A stretch of 64,000 nucleotides of DNA from Alphaproteobacteria bacterium. Its GTDB lineage: Bacteria > Pseudomonadota > Alphaproteobacteria > MPNO01. The translations under genes and the position numbers were made by a program. Below are positions 31,833 through 41,930 of this stretch, piece by piece (the stretch's first letter is position 1; every line of letters starts with the position of its first letter). Below the pieces are notes generated by a model. The model ran no database searches, was not told the origin of the DNA, and saw only the letters and a program-made list of their open reading frames with translations. The stretch spans positions 800,001 through 864,000 of the forward strand of contig CBDFLJ010000002.1 in the NCBI GenBank assembly GCA_965248835.1. Reading direction: 5' to 3'.

Positions 31833-32966
31833 ATGGCGGTTATCAAACAGATCGGCATCCTGGTTCTGCTCGCCGGCCTCGCGGCAGGCGGTTACCTCGG
31901 CTGGCAGCAATTCTTCGGCAATCGGGCCGACGCGCGGCAGGATGCCGGCGCAGCGCCCAAGAAGCGCTCGGTCATCGTCGAAACCGAAGCGGCGGAATTC
32001 CGCGACCTCGAGACGCTGGTGGAAGCCATCGGCTCGGCCCGGGCGCGCCGCGCCGTGGAAATCACGCCGTTGGTCGAGGGGCGCGTGGTCGCGATCAATT
32101 TCCGCGCCGGCAAATCGGTCGAAGCCGGCGAGGTCCTGCTGCGCCTCGACGACGACATTCAGCGCGCCGACCTCGCCGAAGCCCGCGCACGCGTCACCGC
32201 GGCGGCGAAGGCGCTCGACCGGGCGCGGGCTTTGCGGAAAAGGAGCGCCGTCGCCGCCGCCACGGTCGACAAGCTGGTCGCGGAGCTGGCCATCGCCCAG
32301 GCCGATAGAGACCGCGCGGCGCGCCGGCTGCGCGACCGGACGGTGGTTGCCCCGTTCGCCGGCATCGTCGGTTTCTCGAATGTCGAGCTGGGCGCACGGA
32401 TCGAGGAGGGCGACACCGTAACCACGCTCGACGATCTGTCGCTGCTCGAGGTCGAGCTGTCGTTGCCGGAAGGCCTGTTCGGCCGGATCGCGCGGGGGCA
32501 GCGCATCATCGCCAATGCCGCGGCCTATCCCGGCCGGACGTTCGAAGGCACGATCGAAACCATCAGCAGCCGGGTCGATCCGCAATCGCGCTCCTTCAAG
32601 GTCCGCGCCCTGGTGGCCAACGCCGACCGCGTATTGCCCGCCGGCATGTTCATGCACCTGTCGGTCGTGCTGGGCGCGCAGCGCGCGCTGGTGGTTCCCG
32701 AAGAGGCCCTGGTCGTCGACGGCAGCACGGCGTTCGTCTTCGCCGTCGTCAAGCACGGCAAAGCCGAACGCGCCGAGCGCCGAACCGTCACCATCGGCAG
32801 GCGAGCGTTCGGCGTGGTCCAGATCGTCTCCGGTATCGAACCGGGCATGGAGGTGGTGACGCGCGGCGTGCAAAAGCTGCGCGACGGTTCGCCGGTGCGC
32901 CGCGCCGCGCCGGCGGCAAAGTCGCCGGCGGCAAAGTCGTCTTCGCAAGGCGGCGCGGCGGGATGA
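31833..32966 (+). CDS. RND efflux membrane fusion protein
   Basis: N-terminal TM, VEGRVV, APFAGIVG, SRVDPQSRSF, LPAGMF. Confidence 0.93.
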   Translation: MAVIKQIGILVLLAGLAAGGYLGWQQFFGNRADARQDAGAAPKKRSVIVETEAAEFRDLETLVEAIGSARARRAVEITPLVEGRVVAINFRAGKSVEAGEVLLRLDDDIQRADLAEARARVTAAAKALDRARALRKRSAVAAATVDKLVAELAIAQADRDRAARRLRDRTVVAPFAGIVGFSNVELGARIEEGDTVTTLDDLSLLEVELSLPEGLFGRIARGQRIIANAAAYPGRTFEGTIETISSRVDPQSRSFKVRALVANADRVLPAGMFMHLSVVLGAQRALVVPEEALVVDGSTAFVFAVVKHGKAERAERRTVTIGRRAFGVVQIVSGIEPGMEVVTRGVQKLRDGSPVRRAAPAAKSPAAKSSSQGGAAG

Positions 32967-33024
32967 GCACGGCGGCGATCGGCCGGCCGCCACGCAGGAT
33001 CGCCGACGCTCGGGCGGTCCTGAG

Positions 33025-36000
33025 ATGACCCTGTCGGATCTGTCGATTCGGCGCCCGGTCCTGGCGATCGTCGCCAGCCTGCTGATCGTCGTTTTCGGCA
33101 TCGCGTCGCTGTTTTCGATCCCGGTGCGTGAACTGCCCGACGTCGACGCCGCGGTCGTGACCGTGTCGACCGTCTACACCGGCGCATCGCCGCAAATCGT
33201 CGACACCGACATTACCGAGATCGTCGAAAGCGCGATCGCCGGCGTGGCCGGCGTCAAGGTCATCGGCTCGCAAAGCCGCCGCGGCCGCAGCCGGACCGTC
33301 ATCGAATTCGAGATCGGTCGCAATATCGACGAGGCGGCGAACGACGTGCGCGACGCGATCGGGCGCATTCGCGCCAACCTGCCGGACGGCGCCGACGAGC
33401 CGCGGGTCATCAAGAACGACAGCGACGCCGACCCGGTGATGCGGATCGCGGTGACCTCCGACCGCCAGTCGCCGGAGGAGATTACCGACTTCGTCGAGCG
33501 TAACCTGGTCGACAAATTGTCGACGCTCGATGGCGTGGCCAGCGTCAATATCCGCGGCGAACGCCGCTACGCCATCCGCATCTGGATCGACCGCCGCGCC
33601 TTGGCCGCACACAACCTGACGGTCGGCGACATCGAAGCGGCGATCAAGCGAAACAACGTCGAACTGCCGGCCGGCGAGATTACCTCGAGCCAGCGCATGC
33701 TCGATATTCGCCTCGACAGCCGTCTGGCGAGCGTCGAGGAATTCCGCGATATCGTGCTCGACAACGTTGCCGGCCATCCGGTCCGGCTCGCTGACGTCGC
33801 CCAGGTCGAGCGCGGTGTCGCCGACGACGAGATCATCGTCCGCGCCAATGGCTCGCCGGCCGTCGGGCTGCGGGTCCTGCGCCAGAGCCAGGCCAACGCG
33901 ATGGCGATCTCGCGGGCCGTGCGGGCCGAAATTCGCACCCTGGAGCCGACCCTGCCCGCCGGCATGAAAATCATCGTCGGCTCCGACGATGCGCTTTTCA
34001 TCGCCTCGTCGATCCGCGAGGTGCTCATCGCGCTGGGCATTTCGATGGCCCTGGTGATCCTCGTCATCCTGGCGTTCCTCGGGTCGCTTCGCACCACGAT
34101 GGTGCCGGCGGTGACCATTCCGGTCGCGCTCATCGGCAGCATCGCGCTGATTGCCGCGTTCGGGTTTTCCATCAACGTGCTGACATTGCTGGCCCTGCTG
34201 CTCGCCATCGGCCTGGTCGTCGACGACGCGATCGTCGTGCTCGAAAATATCAAACGCCGTGTCGATGACGGCGAGACGGCGCTGGTTGCAGCGGTACGCG
34301 GCACCCGCCAGGTGACCTTCGCCGTGCTGGCCACATCGGTGACGCTGATCGCGGTGTTCGTGCCGATCTCGTTCCTCGGCGGCAAGGTCGGCCGGCTGTT
34401 CGGCGAGTTCGGTCTGATCATGGTGGCAGCGGTGGTCATCTCGACGTTCGTCGCCCTCAGCCTGTGTCCGATGATCGCGTCGCGGGTGCTCAAGCATGCC
34501 GCAAGACACCGCCCGCCGGACGCGGTGCCCGACAAGGATTCCGCGGTTGCCCGCTCGGGTTTTGCCCGCGCCTATCGCAGGATCCTCGATCCGGCCCTGA
34601 AAGCGCCGCTCGTGGTCATCGCCCTGTCGCTGTCGTTTGTCGCCGGCGCCGTCGGCCTCTACCTGCAGCTGCCTCGGGAGCTGGCCCCCAAGGAAGACCG
34701 CGGCGTAGCGTTCGTTCCGATCACGGCGCCGCAGGGCGCGACCGTCGCCTACACCGACGCGCAGGCGCGCATCATCGAGCGAACCCTGGCGCCCCAACAG
34801 GCCAACGGCAATATCGACACCCTCTATTCCCTGGTTGGCTGGGGCAACCGCCCCTACCGCGCCTTCGTCGTCCTGCGGCTGGCGCCTTGGGGCGAACGCG
34901 CGGCCAGCCAGGCCGAGATCGTCGCCAAGCTGCAGCCCGCCGTGCGCCGGCTGCCGGGCGCGCGCGCCGCCGTCGCGAGCCCGGCCGGTCTGGGTCTGCG
35001 CGGCAACTCGACGCCGCTGCGCATCGTCGTCGGCGGATCGGATTTCGAACGGGTCAAGCAGTGGGCGGCGCAGCTGCTCGAACATGCCGAGGCGAACGAC
35101 CGGCTGATCAATCCGCAAATGGATTTCGAGCAGAACCAGCCCCAGCTCGGCCTCTCCCTCGACCGCGCGCGCGCCAACGATCTCGGCATCAGCGCGGAAA
35201 CCATCGCCTCGACGCTGCAGGTCCTGTTCGCGTCGCGGGAATTGACGACCTATGTCGACCGCGGCCGTGAATATCCGGTCATCGCCCAGGCCCGGGCCGA
35301 GGACCGGCGAACGCCCAGCGATCTGGCCAACGTGTTCCTGCGCACCGGTGCAAGGGTCGAAGGCGGGTCGTCGCTGATTCCGCTCAGCGCGCTGATCACC
35401 GCTTCGGAGCGCGCGGCGGCGGCGGAGCTCAGGCGCTACGACCGGCTGCCGTCGATCACCATTCGGTCCGGCTTGGCCGACGACTATGCCCTGGGCAGCG
35501 CACTCGCCTACATGGAACAGGGCGCGGCGCGGCTCCTGCCCGATAGTGCGCGCTTGGGCTTCGCCGGCCAATCGGCGACCTTCAAGGACACCTCCGGCGA
35601 CATCGCGGTCATTTTTGCCGTCGCATTGCTGGTTGTCTTCCTGGTGCTCGCCGCCCAGTTCGAAAGCTTCATCCACCCGATCGTGATCATGCTGTCGGTG
35701 CCGCTGGCCGTCGCCGGCGCGGTGTATGCGCTGAGCCTGGCCGGGCTTACGCTCAACGTCTACAGCCAGATCGGCATCATTTTGTTGATCGGCCTGATGG
35801 CCAAAAACGGCATTCTGATCGTCGAGTTCGCCAACCAGCTGCGCGACGCCGGCGCAAGCGTGCGCGATGCCGTCGTCGATGCGGCGGTGCTGCGGCTGCG
35901 GCCGATCGTGATGACGGTGATTTCGACGATCCTCGGTGCGGTGCCGCTGGTCCTCGCCACCGGGGCCGGAGCGGAGAGCCGCATCGCCATCGGATCGGTC

Positions 36001-36147
36001 ATCGTTGGCGGCCTCGGCCTGGCCCTGGTGTTCACCTTGTTCCTGACGCCGGTGCTCTACGCGCTGCTCGCGGGTTTCTCGAAGCCGCGCTCGGCGATCG
36101 AGAAAGCGCTCGAGGCGGAGCTTGCGGGCGCCAGCCTGTCCGAGTGA
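33025..36147 (+). CDS. RND efflux permease (AcrB family)
   Basis: IRRPV, IGLVVDDAIVVLENI, AKNGILIVEF, RLRPIVMT; no outer-membrane factor adjacent. Confidence 0.95.
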   Translation: MTLSDLSIRRPVLAIVASLLIVVFGIASLFSIPVRELPDVDAAVVTVSTVYTGASPQIVDTDITEIVESAIAGVAGVKVIGSQSRRGRSRTVIEFEIGRNIDEAANDVRDAIGRIRANLPDGADEPRVIKNDSDADPVMRIAVTSDRQSPEEITDFVERNLVDKLSTLDGVASVNIRGERRYAIRIWIDRRALAAHNLTVGDIEAAIKRNNVELPAGEITSSQRMLDIRLDSRLASVEEFRDIVLDNVAGHPVRLADVAQVERGVADDEIIVRANGSPAVGLRVLRQSQANAMAISRAVRAEIRTLEPTLPAGMKIIVGSDDALFIASSIREVLIALGISMALVILVILAFLGSLRTTMVPAVTIPVALIGSIALIAAFGFSINVLTLLALLLAIGLVVDDAIVVLENIKRRVDDGETALVAAVRGTRQVTFAVLATSVTLIAVFVPISFLGGKVGRLFGEFGLIMVAAVVISTFVALSLCPMIASRVLKHAARHRPPDAVPDKDSAVARSGFARAYRRILDPALKAPLVVIALSLSFVAGAVGLYLQLPRELAPKEDRGVAFVPITAPQGATVAYTDAQARIIERTLAPQQANGNIDTLYSLVGWGNRPYRAFVVLRLAPWGERAASQAEIVAKLQPAVRRLPGARAAVASPAGLGLRGNSTPLRIVVGGSDFERVKQWAAQLLEHAEANDRLINPQMDFEQNQPQLGLSLDRARANDLGISAETIASTLQVLFASRELTTYVDRGREYPVIAQARAEDRRTPSDLANVFLRTGARVEGGSSLIPLSALITASERAAAAELRRYDRLPSITIRSGLADDYALGSALAYMEQGAARLLPDSARLGFAGQSATFKDTSGDIAVIFAVALLVVFLVLAAQFESFIHPIVIMLSVPLAVAGAVYALSLAGLTLNVYSQIGIILLIGLMAKNGILIVEFANQLRDAGASVRDAVVDAAVLRLRPIVMTVISTILGAVPLVLATGAGAESRIAIGSVIVGGLGLALVFTLFLTPVLYALLAGFSKPRSAIEKALEAELAGASLSE

Positions 36148-36335
36148 GGCAACGCGCCTGAAATCCGCATCGTGGGGACACCCCCGCGGCGGCCGATCTG
36201 CGTCTCGCCCTCGGCAAACGCTGCTGCGGCCGCCCGGGCCCCAGCGTGATCGCCCGGTCCGCCGCGACCATCCGGGCCGCCGTCGTCATCGGTCTTCCCG
36301 GCGGATAACCGGTCCCGGGCTTCGGTATCGCCTAG

Positions 36336-36406
36336 CGTTGGCCGAATGCAGCTTGGCGCGGTGTTCCTTGGGGAAGCTCATGTAGGCGAGGACATCGTGT
36401 TCGGCG
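36336..36406 (-). mobile_element. IS256-family transposase stub
   Basis: AEHDVLAYMSFPKEHRAKLHSAN. Confidence 0.75.
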
Positions 36407-36714
36407 TTCAAGCTCTGCACATCGGCGGCGGGCCGATACGATCGCCGCCGGCGACAGGCGCAGGCCGGACCGTGCGAGCGCGTCGAGCGCGGATTTGACG
36501 CCTTCGGCGATGCCGGGATCGCAATCCTCGAAGTACCACTCGCACAGCCCGACATGGAAGTCGGCGAGATGGGCGGCCGCCAGCCGGCGTGTCCAGGCGA
36601 CGGCGTCCTCCTCGACGCCCGGGTCGATGGCGGCGAAGCCGATCGTCATGTCGGCGACCGAGCGCGCGAGCACGCCCGCCGTGTCGAGCGCCGGGCTCAA
36701 CGGCACGATGCCCT
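36399..36714 (-). repeat. Internally deleted partial copy of the amidase gene
   Basis: Matches 47481-47526 and 48020-48289; 493 bp removed at a shared GATCG. Confidence 0.95.
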
Positions 36715-37504
36715 GATCAATCCGCTGTTCGACGCGTGGGACGGAGAGCCGCTGACCGGCCCGCGCACCGTTGTCACCACGGCGGCGCCGACACCCGCCC
36801 CGCTCCGGCGCAAGCTCGCCGAGATGTTCCCGCAAGCCGATATCCTGGCAGCGGCCGGGCTGAGCGAAAGCCTCAACATGGCGACCCAGAGCCCGGGCGA
36901 GCTGCTCAGCCACCCGGACGGCATCGGCGCGCCGCATATCGATACCCGCGTGCTGATCCTGGACGATGACGACCGCGTCGTCCCGCGGGGACAGCCCGGC
37001 CACATCGCGATGCGCAATTTCAACACCGCGCTCGGCTATCACCGCAACCCGGAAGCCGCAGCGCTCACCCGGCGGCCCCGGCGGGATGACCCGGAGGGGC
37101 TGCACTGGTGTTTCACCGGCGATGTCGGCGTCATGGACGAAGACGGCCGTATCACCATCGTCGACCGGTCGAAGGACATTATCCTGACCGGCGGCGAATC
37201 CGTCCCCTCGGTGGAGGTGGAGACGGTCTATGCCGATCATCCGGGTATTGTCGATTGTGCCGCCGTCGGGGTCGAGGACGAACGCTGGGGCGAAGCAATC
37301 CTGCTGGTTGCGGTGCCGAAAGACCCGGAGGTCCCGGAACGCGACCTCGCGGCGGACCTGTTCCGTTTCGGACGCGACCGGCTGGCCGGTTTCAAGGTGC
37401 CGAAGCGCGTGGCCTTCATCGACGCCCTGCCGCGCAGCCATTTTGGCAAGGTGCTGAAACGGGATTTGCGGGAATACAGGTTCGAAACGGTGTTCGACCG
37501 ATAG
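36715..37504 (+). pseudogene. C-terminal fragment of an acyl-CoA synthetase (AMP-binding)
   Basis: GLSES, FTGDVG, IVDRSKDIILTGGE, LPRSHFGKVLK; A3 motif region absent. Confidence 0.85.
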
Positions 37505-37589
37505 CGCGGCCCCTCTTTCCGACCGTCTGCACGGGTATTCCGTTACTCGTTGCTGTCCGGTTTCCGCTGGGCGGCGGCGCTTGCTGCCG

Positions 37590-37770
37590 CCGACGGTGAG
37601 CGCCCTCGCGAGCGCCGGTCCGACAAATCTAGCGCGGCTATCGGACACCGCCGAGGAGGTGCGCGGCATCGCATCGGCGATCAATGCCGATCTCGGCCGC
37701 GACGTGTTCACCGGCAAGGCGGCCGGACAAGGCCGGGTCAAGAGCATGACTCTCTCGGGCCGGCGGGTCC
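37590..37770 (+). pseudogene. CHAT (caspase-like) domain stub
   Basis: LARLSDTAEEVRGIASAINADLGRDVFTG...VKSMTLSGRRV resembles the segment preceding the CHAT catalytic His. Confidence 0.55.
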
Positions 37771-37789
37771 CTGTGCAACGCTTTGCAGT

Positions 37790-40009
37790 TCAGTCCCTTC
37801 GGAACCGTCGCAACACGTTGTCGAGCATGTGCGAGATGTTGTTCTCGAAGTCGTTGTGGGGGAGGCTTCCACAGAACGTGATCGAGCCGACCGAGAACAC
37901 CGCGCCGCCGTTGGGCGTCTCGAAGAACACGATCTCGGAGCGGATGAGATCTCGGGTCGGGACGCCGGGACGGGTGGCGTGGTGGTTCAGGATCTCCTCC
38001 GGCACCAGCATGAAGGTGTCGTCCTGCTGCTCCGAGCGGGCGAGCACCAGGGCATGGGGTGGAGAGCCGAGGCTTGGGTCCAGCCAGTCGAGTTCGAAGC
38101 CGGCCGCCCCGCCGCCGCTCAGGCCGAAGTCGCCGAGGCGTTGGTCATCGTCGATGCCCTCGAAGATCCAGGCGGCGCGGGGATCGCGGGAGGCGGGCAG
38201 CCGCCGGTAGGCGGTGCCGTGAAAGTCGCCCTGAGCGATGAATCCCACCCCGGCGAGGCGCTGGGGCGCGCGGCCGCTGTTTCTCCACAGCCCGCCGTAG
38301 CCGCCGTCGAAGGCGTTGTAGTACTCCCCCGGCTCGGCCGCCCAGGCGCGGATTCCGGTCTCGCCGCGGCGGATCTCGACCGCGCCGGGCAGCTCCGGGT
38401 TGACCGCGACGCGCCAGTAAAAGCCGTTGCCGCCGAGATACATCAGGCGTCCGCCTCGTTCGGTGTAGTCGGCGAGCGCGTCGAGCGAGCGCGGGGTGTG
38501 GTATTCCGGGTGGGAGGTCGTCATCACCACTTTGTATTGTGCGATCGCGCCGGCGCCGTCCGCATCGAGATCCTCGTCGGTTATGACGTCGAAATCGTGG
38601 CCAAGCGCATCCAGCCAGGCGAGAAGATGGGTGTCGGCGGCGAAGTGGCGCAGGCAGGAGCCGCCCTGCGGATCCGCGTAGGCACAGAACCCGGAACGCT
38701 GGTTGAGAATCGGGCGAAGCCGTGACGAATAGCTGACCCCACTGCCGTCGCGATGGCTGTTATAAGTCGAGATCCCGTATTCGGGATGCTCATCCGGCGT
38801 CCACGGGCGCGCGCCCCAGCGCGCGACTTGCTCGCGGTAGGCGTCGTCGACATTGCCGCGGGCGAAGTTGGCGTAGACGGTATAGGTGAAGACGGGGATG
38901 AGCACGCAGGCGCTCGATTGCGCCCGGCCCGGCGCGGCGCGCACAAAGAAGGGCACCATGTCCTCGTGGCCGCCGCCGCGCAGGCGCACCGCGTACACGC
39001 CGCTCTTGAAGTCCTCCGGCACCTCGAAGCTGAAATCGGTCTCCCAGCCGCAGTCGTAGAGGTCGTCGTCGTGAAAGTGGATCGCGCCGTACTGCGCCGG
39101 AGCGTGGCGCCAGCACATCTCCTCGCCTGTCCAGCGCGCGCCCTTCATCGCGCGCGCCGGCAGATTGACGGTCTCGCCGTGCATCGCGTGAGGGCCGGTG
39201 TCCAGGATGCGCACGGACGACATCTCCCGTGAGAAGTCCCACGCGGCGAGAAGGTCCTCGCCGGATCCCGTGCCGGGGTCTTCCCCCGCGGTGCGGAATG
39301 CCGCGTCCGGGTCGAGAGCGGCCGCCATGATCCGCGGCGCTTCGAGCTTGCCGTTATAGTGGTCGCCGGCAGGCGAGCCCGCCCGCGCCGCGAACACGAG
39401 ATCGCCGCTCCCGGTGCAGCGCCCCTCGAATGCTACCGAGGCGGTGGCGGTGCCCGAATCCTCGACCGTCATCGCAGGCGCCAGGGCCCGCTGGCCGACG
39501 CGGACCTCGCCCACGCCCGCGTCGTAGCTGAGGAAGACCCGGTACCAGGCGCGGGCGCGCAGCGCCTTGCCGGCGTTGAGGACGACCGTCCCGGCGCCGT
39601 CGCTCAGCGTAGCGGCAAGCGCGCCGGCCTCGTCGATCTCGAGGGTGAAGCCGGCTCCGGTGGCGTCATCGACACGTGACACGAGACCCTGCCGGCGGGA
39701 GAGACCAGGCAGGGTAGGCCAGACGGTGGCGGTCACCGTGAAGCTCCTGAGCGTATCCAGGGGTGCGGTGGCGACGACGCGCGCCCAGGAGCCGTTGTGG
39801 ATCGGCTGCACCCGCGACGGGTAGCGGCCGGCAAAGGCGGCCTCGACGGGCTGCTCGCATATGCCGGGGCCGGCCGGATTGGGGTCGCCGCTGATCACGC
39901 GCACCAAGCGCGCCTCGTAATCCTCCGGCGCGGTCGAGGACACCTTGAACGCGATGGATTCGCCGGGCGGCACCGAATAGCGGTCGGCATAGCCGGTGAT
40001 CGGAAGCAT
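37790..40009 (-). CDS. N,N-dimethylformamidase large subunit family protein
   Basis: YGAIHFHDDDL, TYTVYAN, YNSHRDGSGV, HPEY, YLGGNGFYW, AVFSVGSI. Confidence 0.92.
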   Translation of the reverse strand: MLPITGYADRYSVPPGESIAFKVSSTAPEDYEARLVRVISGDPNPAGPGICEQPVEAAFAGRYPSRVQPIHNGSWARVVATAPLDTLRSFTVTATVWPTLPGLSRRQGLVSRVDDATGAGFTLEIDEAGALAATLSDGAGTVVLNAGKALRARAWYRVFLSYDAGVGEVRVGQRALAPAMTVEDSGTATASVAFEGRCTGSGDLVFAARAGSPAGDHYNGKLEAPRIMAAALDPDAAFRTAGEDPGTGSGEDLLAAWDFSREMSSVRILDTGPHAMHGETVNLPARAMKGARWTGEEMCWRHAPAQYGAIHFHDDDLYDCGWETDFSFEVPEDFKSGVYAVRLRGGGHEDMVPFFVRAAPGRAQSSACVLIPVFTYTVYANFARGNVDDAYREQVARWGARPWTPDEHPEYGISTYNSHRDGSGVSYSSRLRPILNQRSGFCAYADPQGGSCLRHFAADTHLLAWLDALGHDFDVITDEDLDADGAGAIAQYKVVMTTSHPEYHTPRSLDALADYTERGGRLMYLGGNGFYWRVAVNPELPGAVEIRRGETGIRAWAAEPGEYYNAFDGGYGGLWRNSGRAPQRLAGVGFIAQGDFHGTAYRRLPASRDPRAAWIFEGIDDDQRLGDFGLSGGGAAGFELDWLDPSLGSPPHALVLARSEQQDDTFMLVPEEILNHHATRPGVPTRDLIRSEIVFFETPNGGAVFSVGSITFCGSLPHNDFENNISHMLDNVLRRFRRD

Positions 40010-40560
40010 CTCGCGTCTCCAAGCTGTCGGGGTCGTGCCGCCGCTCGCGGGCCGATGCGCCGACGGCGAACGCTTCGCCGCACGAGGGAAAGCGCCTCCG
40101 TCGGACGGAAAAGCGTATTGAAATGCCGGTAAGACCGCAAATCCCCAACGCGTTAACCGCAGGATGTCGCAATCGGCGTTCTGGAGCTCTGCGCATCGGC
40201 GGCGGGCCGGGCGCTCGGCGTGTTGACCGCGGTGAGACTATGTATCGGCGCCGCGATCTCGGCACGATCCCGGAAGGGACGGGAAACGGGGCCGAAAAAG
40301 AAAACACCGACACGCCTGCCTCGGGAACAATTTCCTCGGCTGCGGAGCCGAGCCGCAGCATCGCGCGGCGCGCGTCCGCCGTGAGGGTTCCGGAAACGGC
40401 GCACCCGACGCGCCGCCGCAAACCCTCCTCCCATCATGTCCACCGACCGACGGCGGACATCTCGGATCTGTGGACCTTCACCATCGGAAACTGCGGCTTC
40501 ACACAGACCCGCCGCAAGGGCGATCACGCCGGACGCGCACACCGATCGGAATGCTCCGAC

Positions 40561-41793
40561 TCAGTCCCGGCGAACCTGATGATGGCCGCTGGAGTGGTCG
40601 TATCGCTGGTGGTGCTGGCGCAGGAGGTCGGCGCCGTAGTCGCCGCCGTTGGGCGTTCGTACCACCGTGTGGACGTGATGGTGAGACGGCACATGGTTGT
40701 CGAACACAATGCCCGGAAGGTGGTCGAACTCGATCAGCACGACCGGGCTCTGCACCCGATAGTAGAACGGGCCGTCGTCGCCGGTGGGGCCCATCCAGGC
40801 GAACCAGGTTTCATCGAGATGCTTGTTCACTTCCGCCATCTTCACGCCGGCATGGCCGTCGCGCGACCACCCGACATAGGTGCCGATGAGCGACTCCAGA
40901 AGACGGCGCTGCGCGTCGCTCAGCGCGGTGGCGCACACCCCCGCATGGTCGATGCGGGCGTTGTCCTGGTAGGCGCCCGAAACCATGCGGCCATCGAACG
41001 GCTGGGCCAATTCTTCGGGCAGGTCGTCGGGGTGGAGCGACGGGTAGAGGATCGCCTTCGACGCCTGTTCGCCGTGCAGGCTCCGCACCAGGTCCAGCCC
41101 CGCCCGCTGCTCGGTCGCGAAGACGCGAACCCCCGCCAACGGCCCGTGATCGATCGCACACGGCTCCGAGCCCATGAATGCCGGCGTCATGACCATCTGA
41201 TCGCCGATGATCACGCAGTTGACGATCAGGTGGTGACCGTCGATTTGCCAGCCCCAGGGTTCGTCGGCGGACGGATGCCCGAAAATCGACAGGAAGTAAG
41301 GCCATTCGCCGTATTCGCCGGCGCGGTCGGTTATATCCACCAGAAACCCGTTGATGCGCATGATGTCGCGCGTCTGCTGGAAGCCGCGCTCGGAAAGGGT
41401 GGCGCGGAGCAGCGCCAGACCGAGCTCGCGTGTCGCCGGGGGCAGCTCTTCCAGCATGACGCCATGCCGGGACAGGTTGAAATGCATGTTCAGCCAGGTC
41501 CGCCACTCGGGCGCCGCGATCGGAAAGCTCGCCCGTTGGCGCTGCTCGGCAGTCAGCGCATCGAGGAACGCGCATGCCGCATCCAGAATGGGTTGGGTGC
41601 TGACGCCGGTCGCGTGCAGCGGAAACAGTCCCGGCCGGAGGTCGGGGCCGGATTTGATGCCCTCCAGCGGTCTTGCGAGCAATTCCCGCCAAGAATCGAT
41701 CAGCGCTTGAAGCGGCGGCGGCAGCTCGGTGATGCGCTCCCGCGCCGACAAGGGTGGAAGATTGCCAAGTCCGAACTCTGTCCAATCGGTCAT
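40561..41793 (-). CDS. DUF3500 family protein
   Basis: PWGWQIDGHHL, TPAFMGSEP, YYRVQSPVVLIEFDH, HVHTVVRTPNGGDYG; GGAGG RBS. Confidence 0.88.
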   Translation of the reverse strand: MTDWTEFGLGNLPPLSARERITELPPPLQALIDSWRELLARPLEGIKSGPDLRPGLFPLHATGVSTQPILDAACAFLDALTAEQRQRASFPIAAPEWRTWLNMHFNLSRHGVMLEELPPATRELGLALLRATLSERGFQQTRDIMRINGFLVDITDRAGEYGEWPYFLSIFGHPSADEPWGWQIDGHHLIVNCVIIGDQMVMTPAFMGSEPCAIDHGPLAGVRVFATEQRAGLDLVRSLHGEQASKAILYPSLHPDDLPEELAQPFDGRMVSGAYQDNARIDHAGVCATALSDAQRRLLESLIGTYVGWSRDGHAGVKMAEVNKHLDETWFAWMGPTGDDGPFYYRVQSPVVLIEFDHLPGIVFDNHVPSHHHVHTVVRTPNGGDYGADLLRQHHQRYDHSSGHHQVRRD

Positions 41794-41930
41794 AGCCTTA
41801 CCTCCTGGAGGCCGCGGCTGAAAGGGTCGGGCGCCCGATCGCCCGGATGTGCCGCTTCCCGGACTCGCGGACCGGGAATCCCGCAGGGATCGCGTCCCGC
41901 CGATCACCTGAAGCCGCAATCATACCTTAG

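Noticed and set aside
32908-32940. 15-bp duplication at the end of the membrane fusion gene (PAAKS twice)
   Set aside because: In-frame change in a low-complexity tail; no sign of function
32788-35676. 962-aa antisense ORF, and similar ones at 1536-3347, 22937-24871, 40123-42003, 47604-49607, 57541-59718
   Set aside because: Shadow frames of well-supported genes in high-GC DNA
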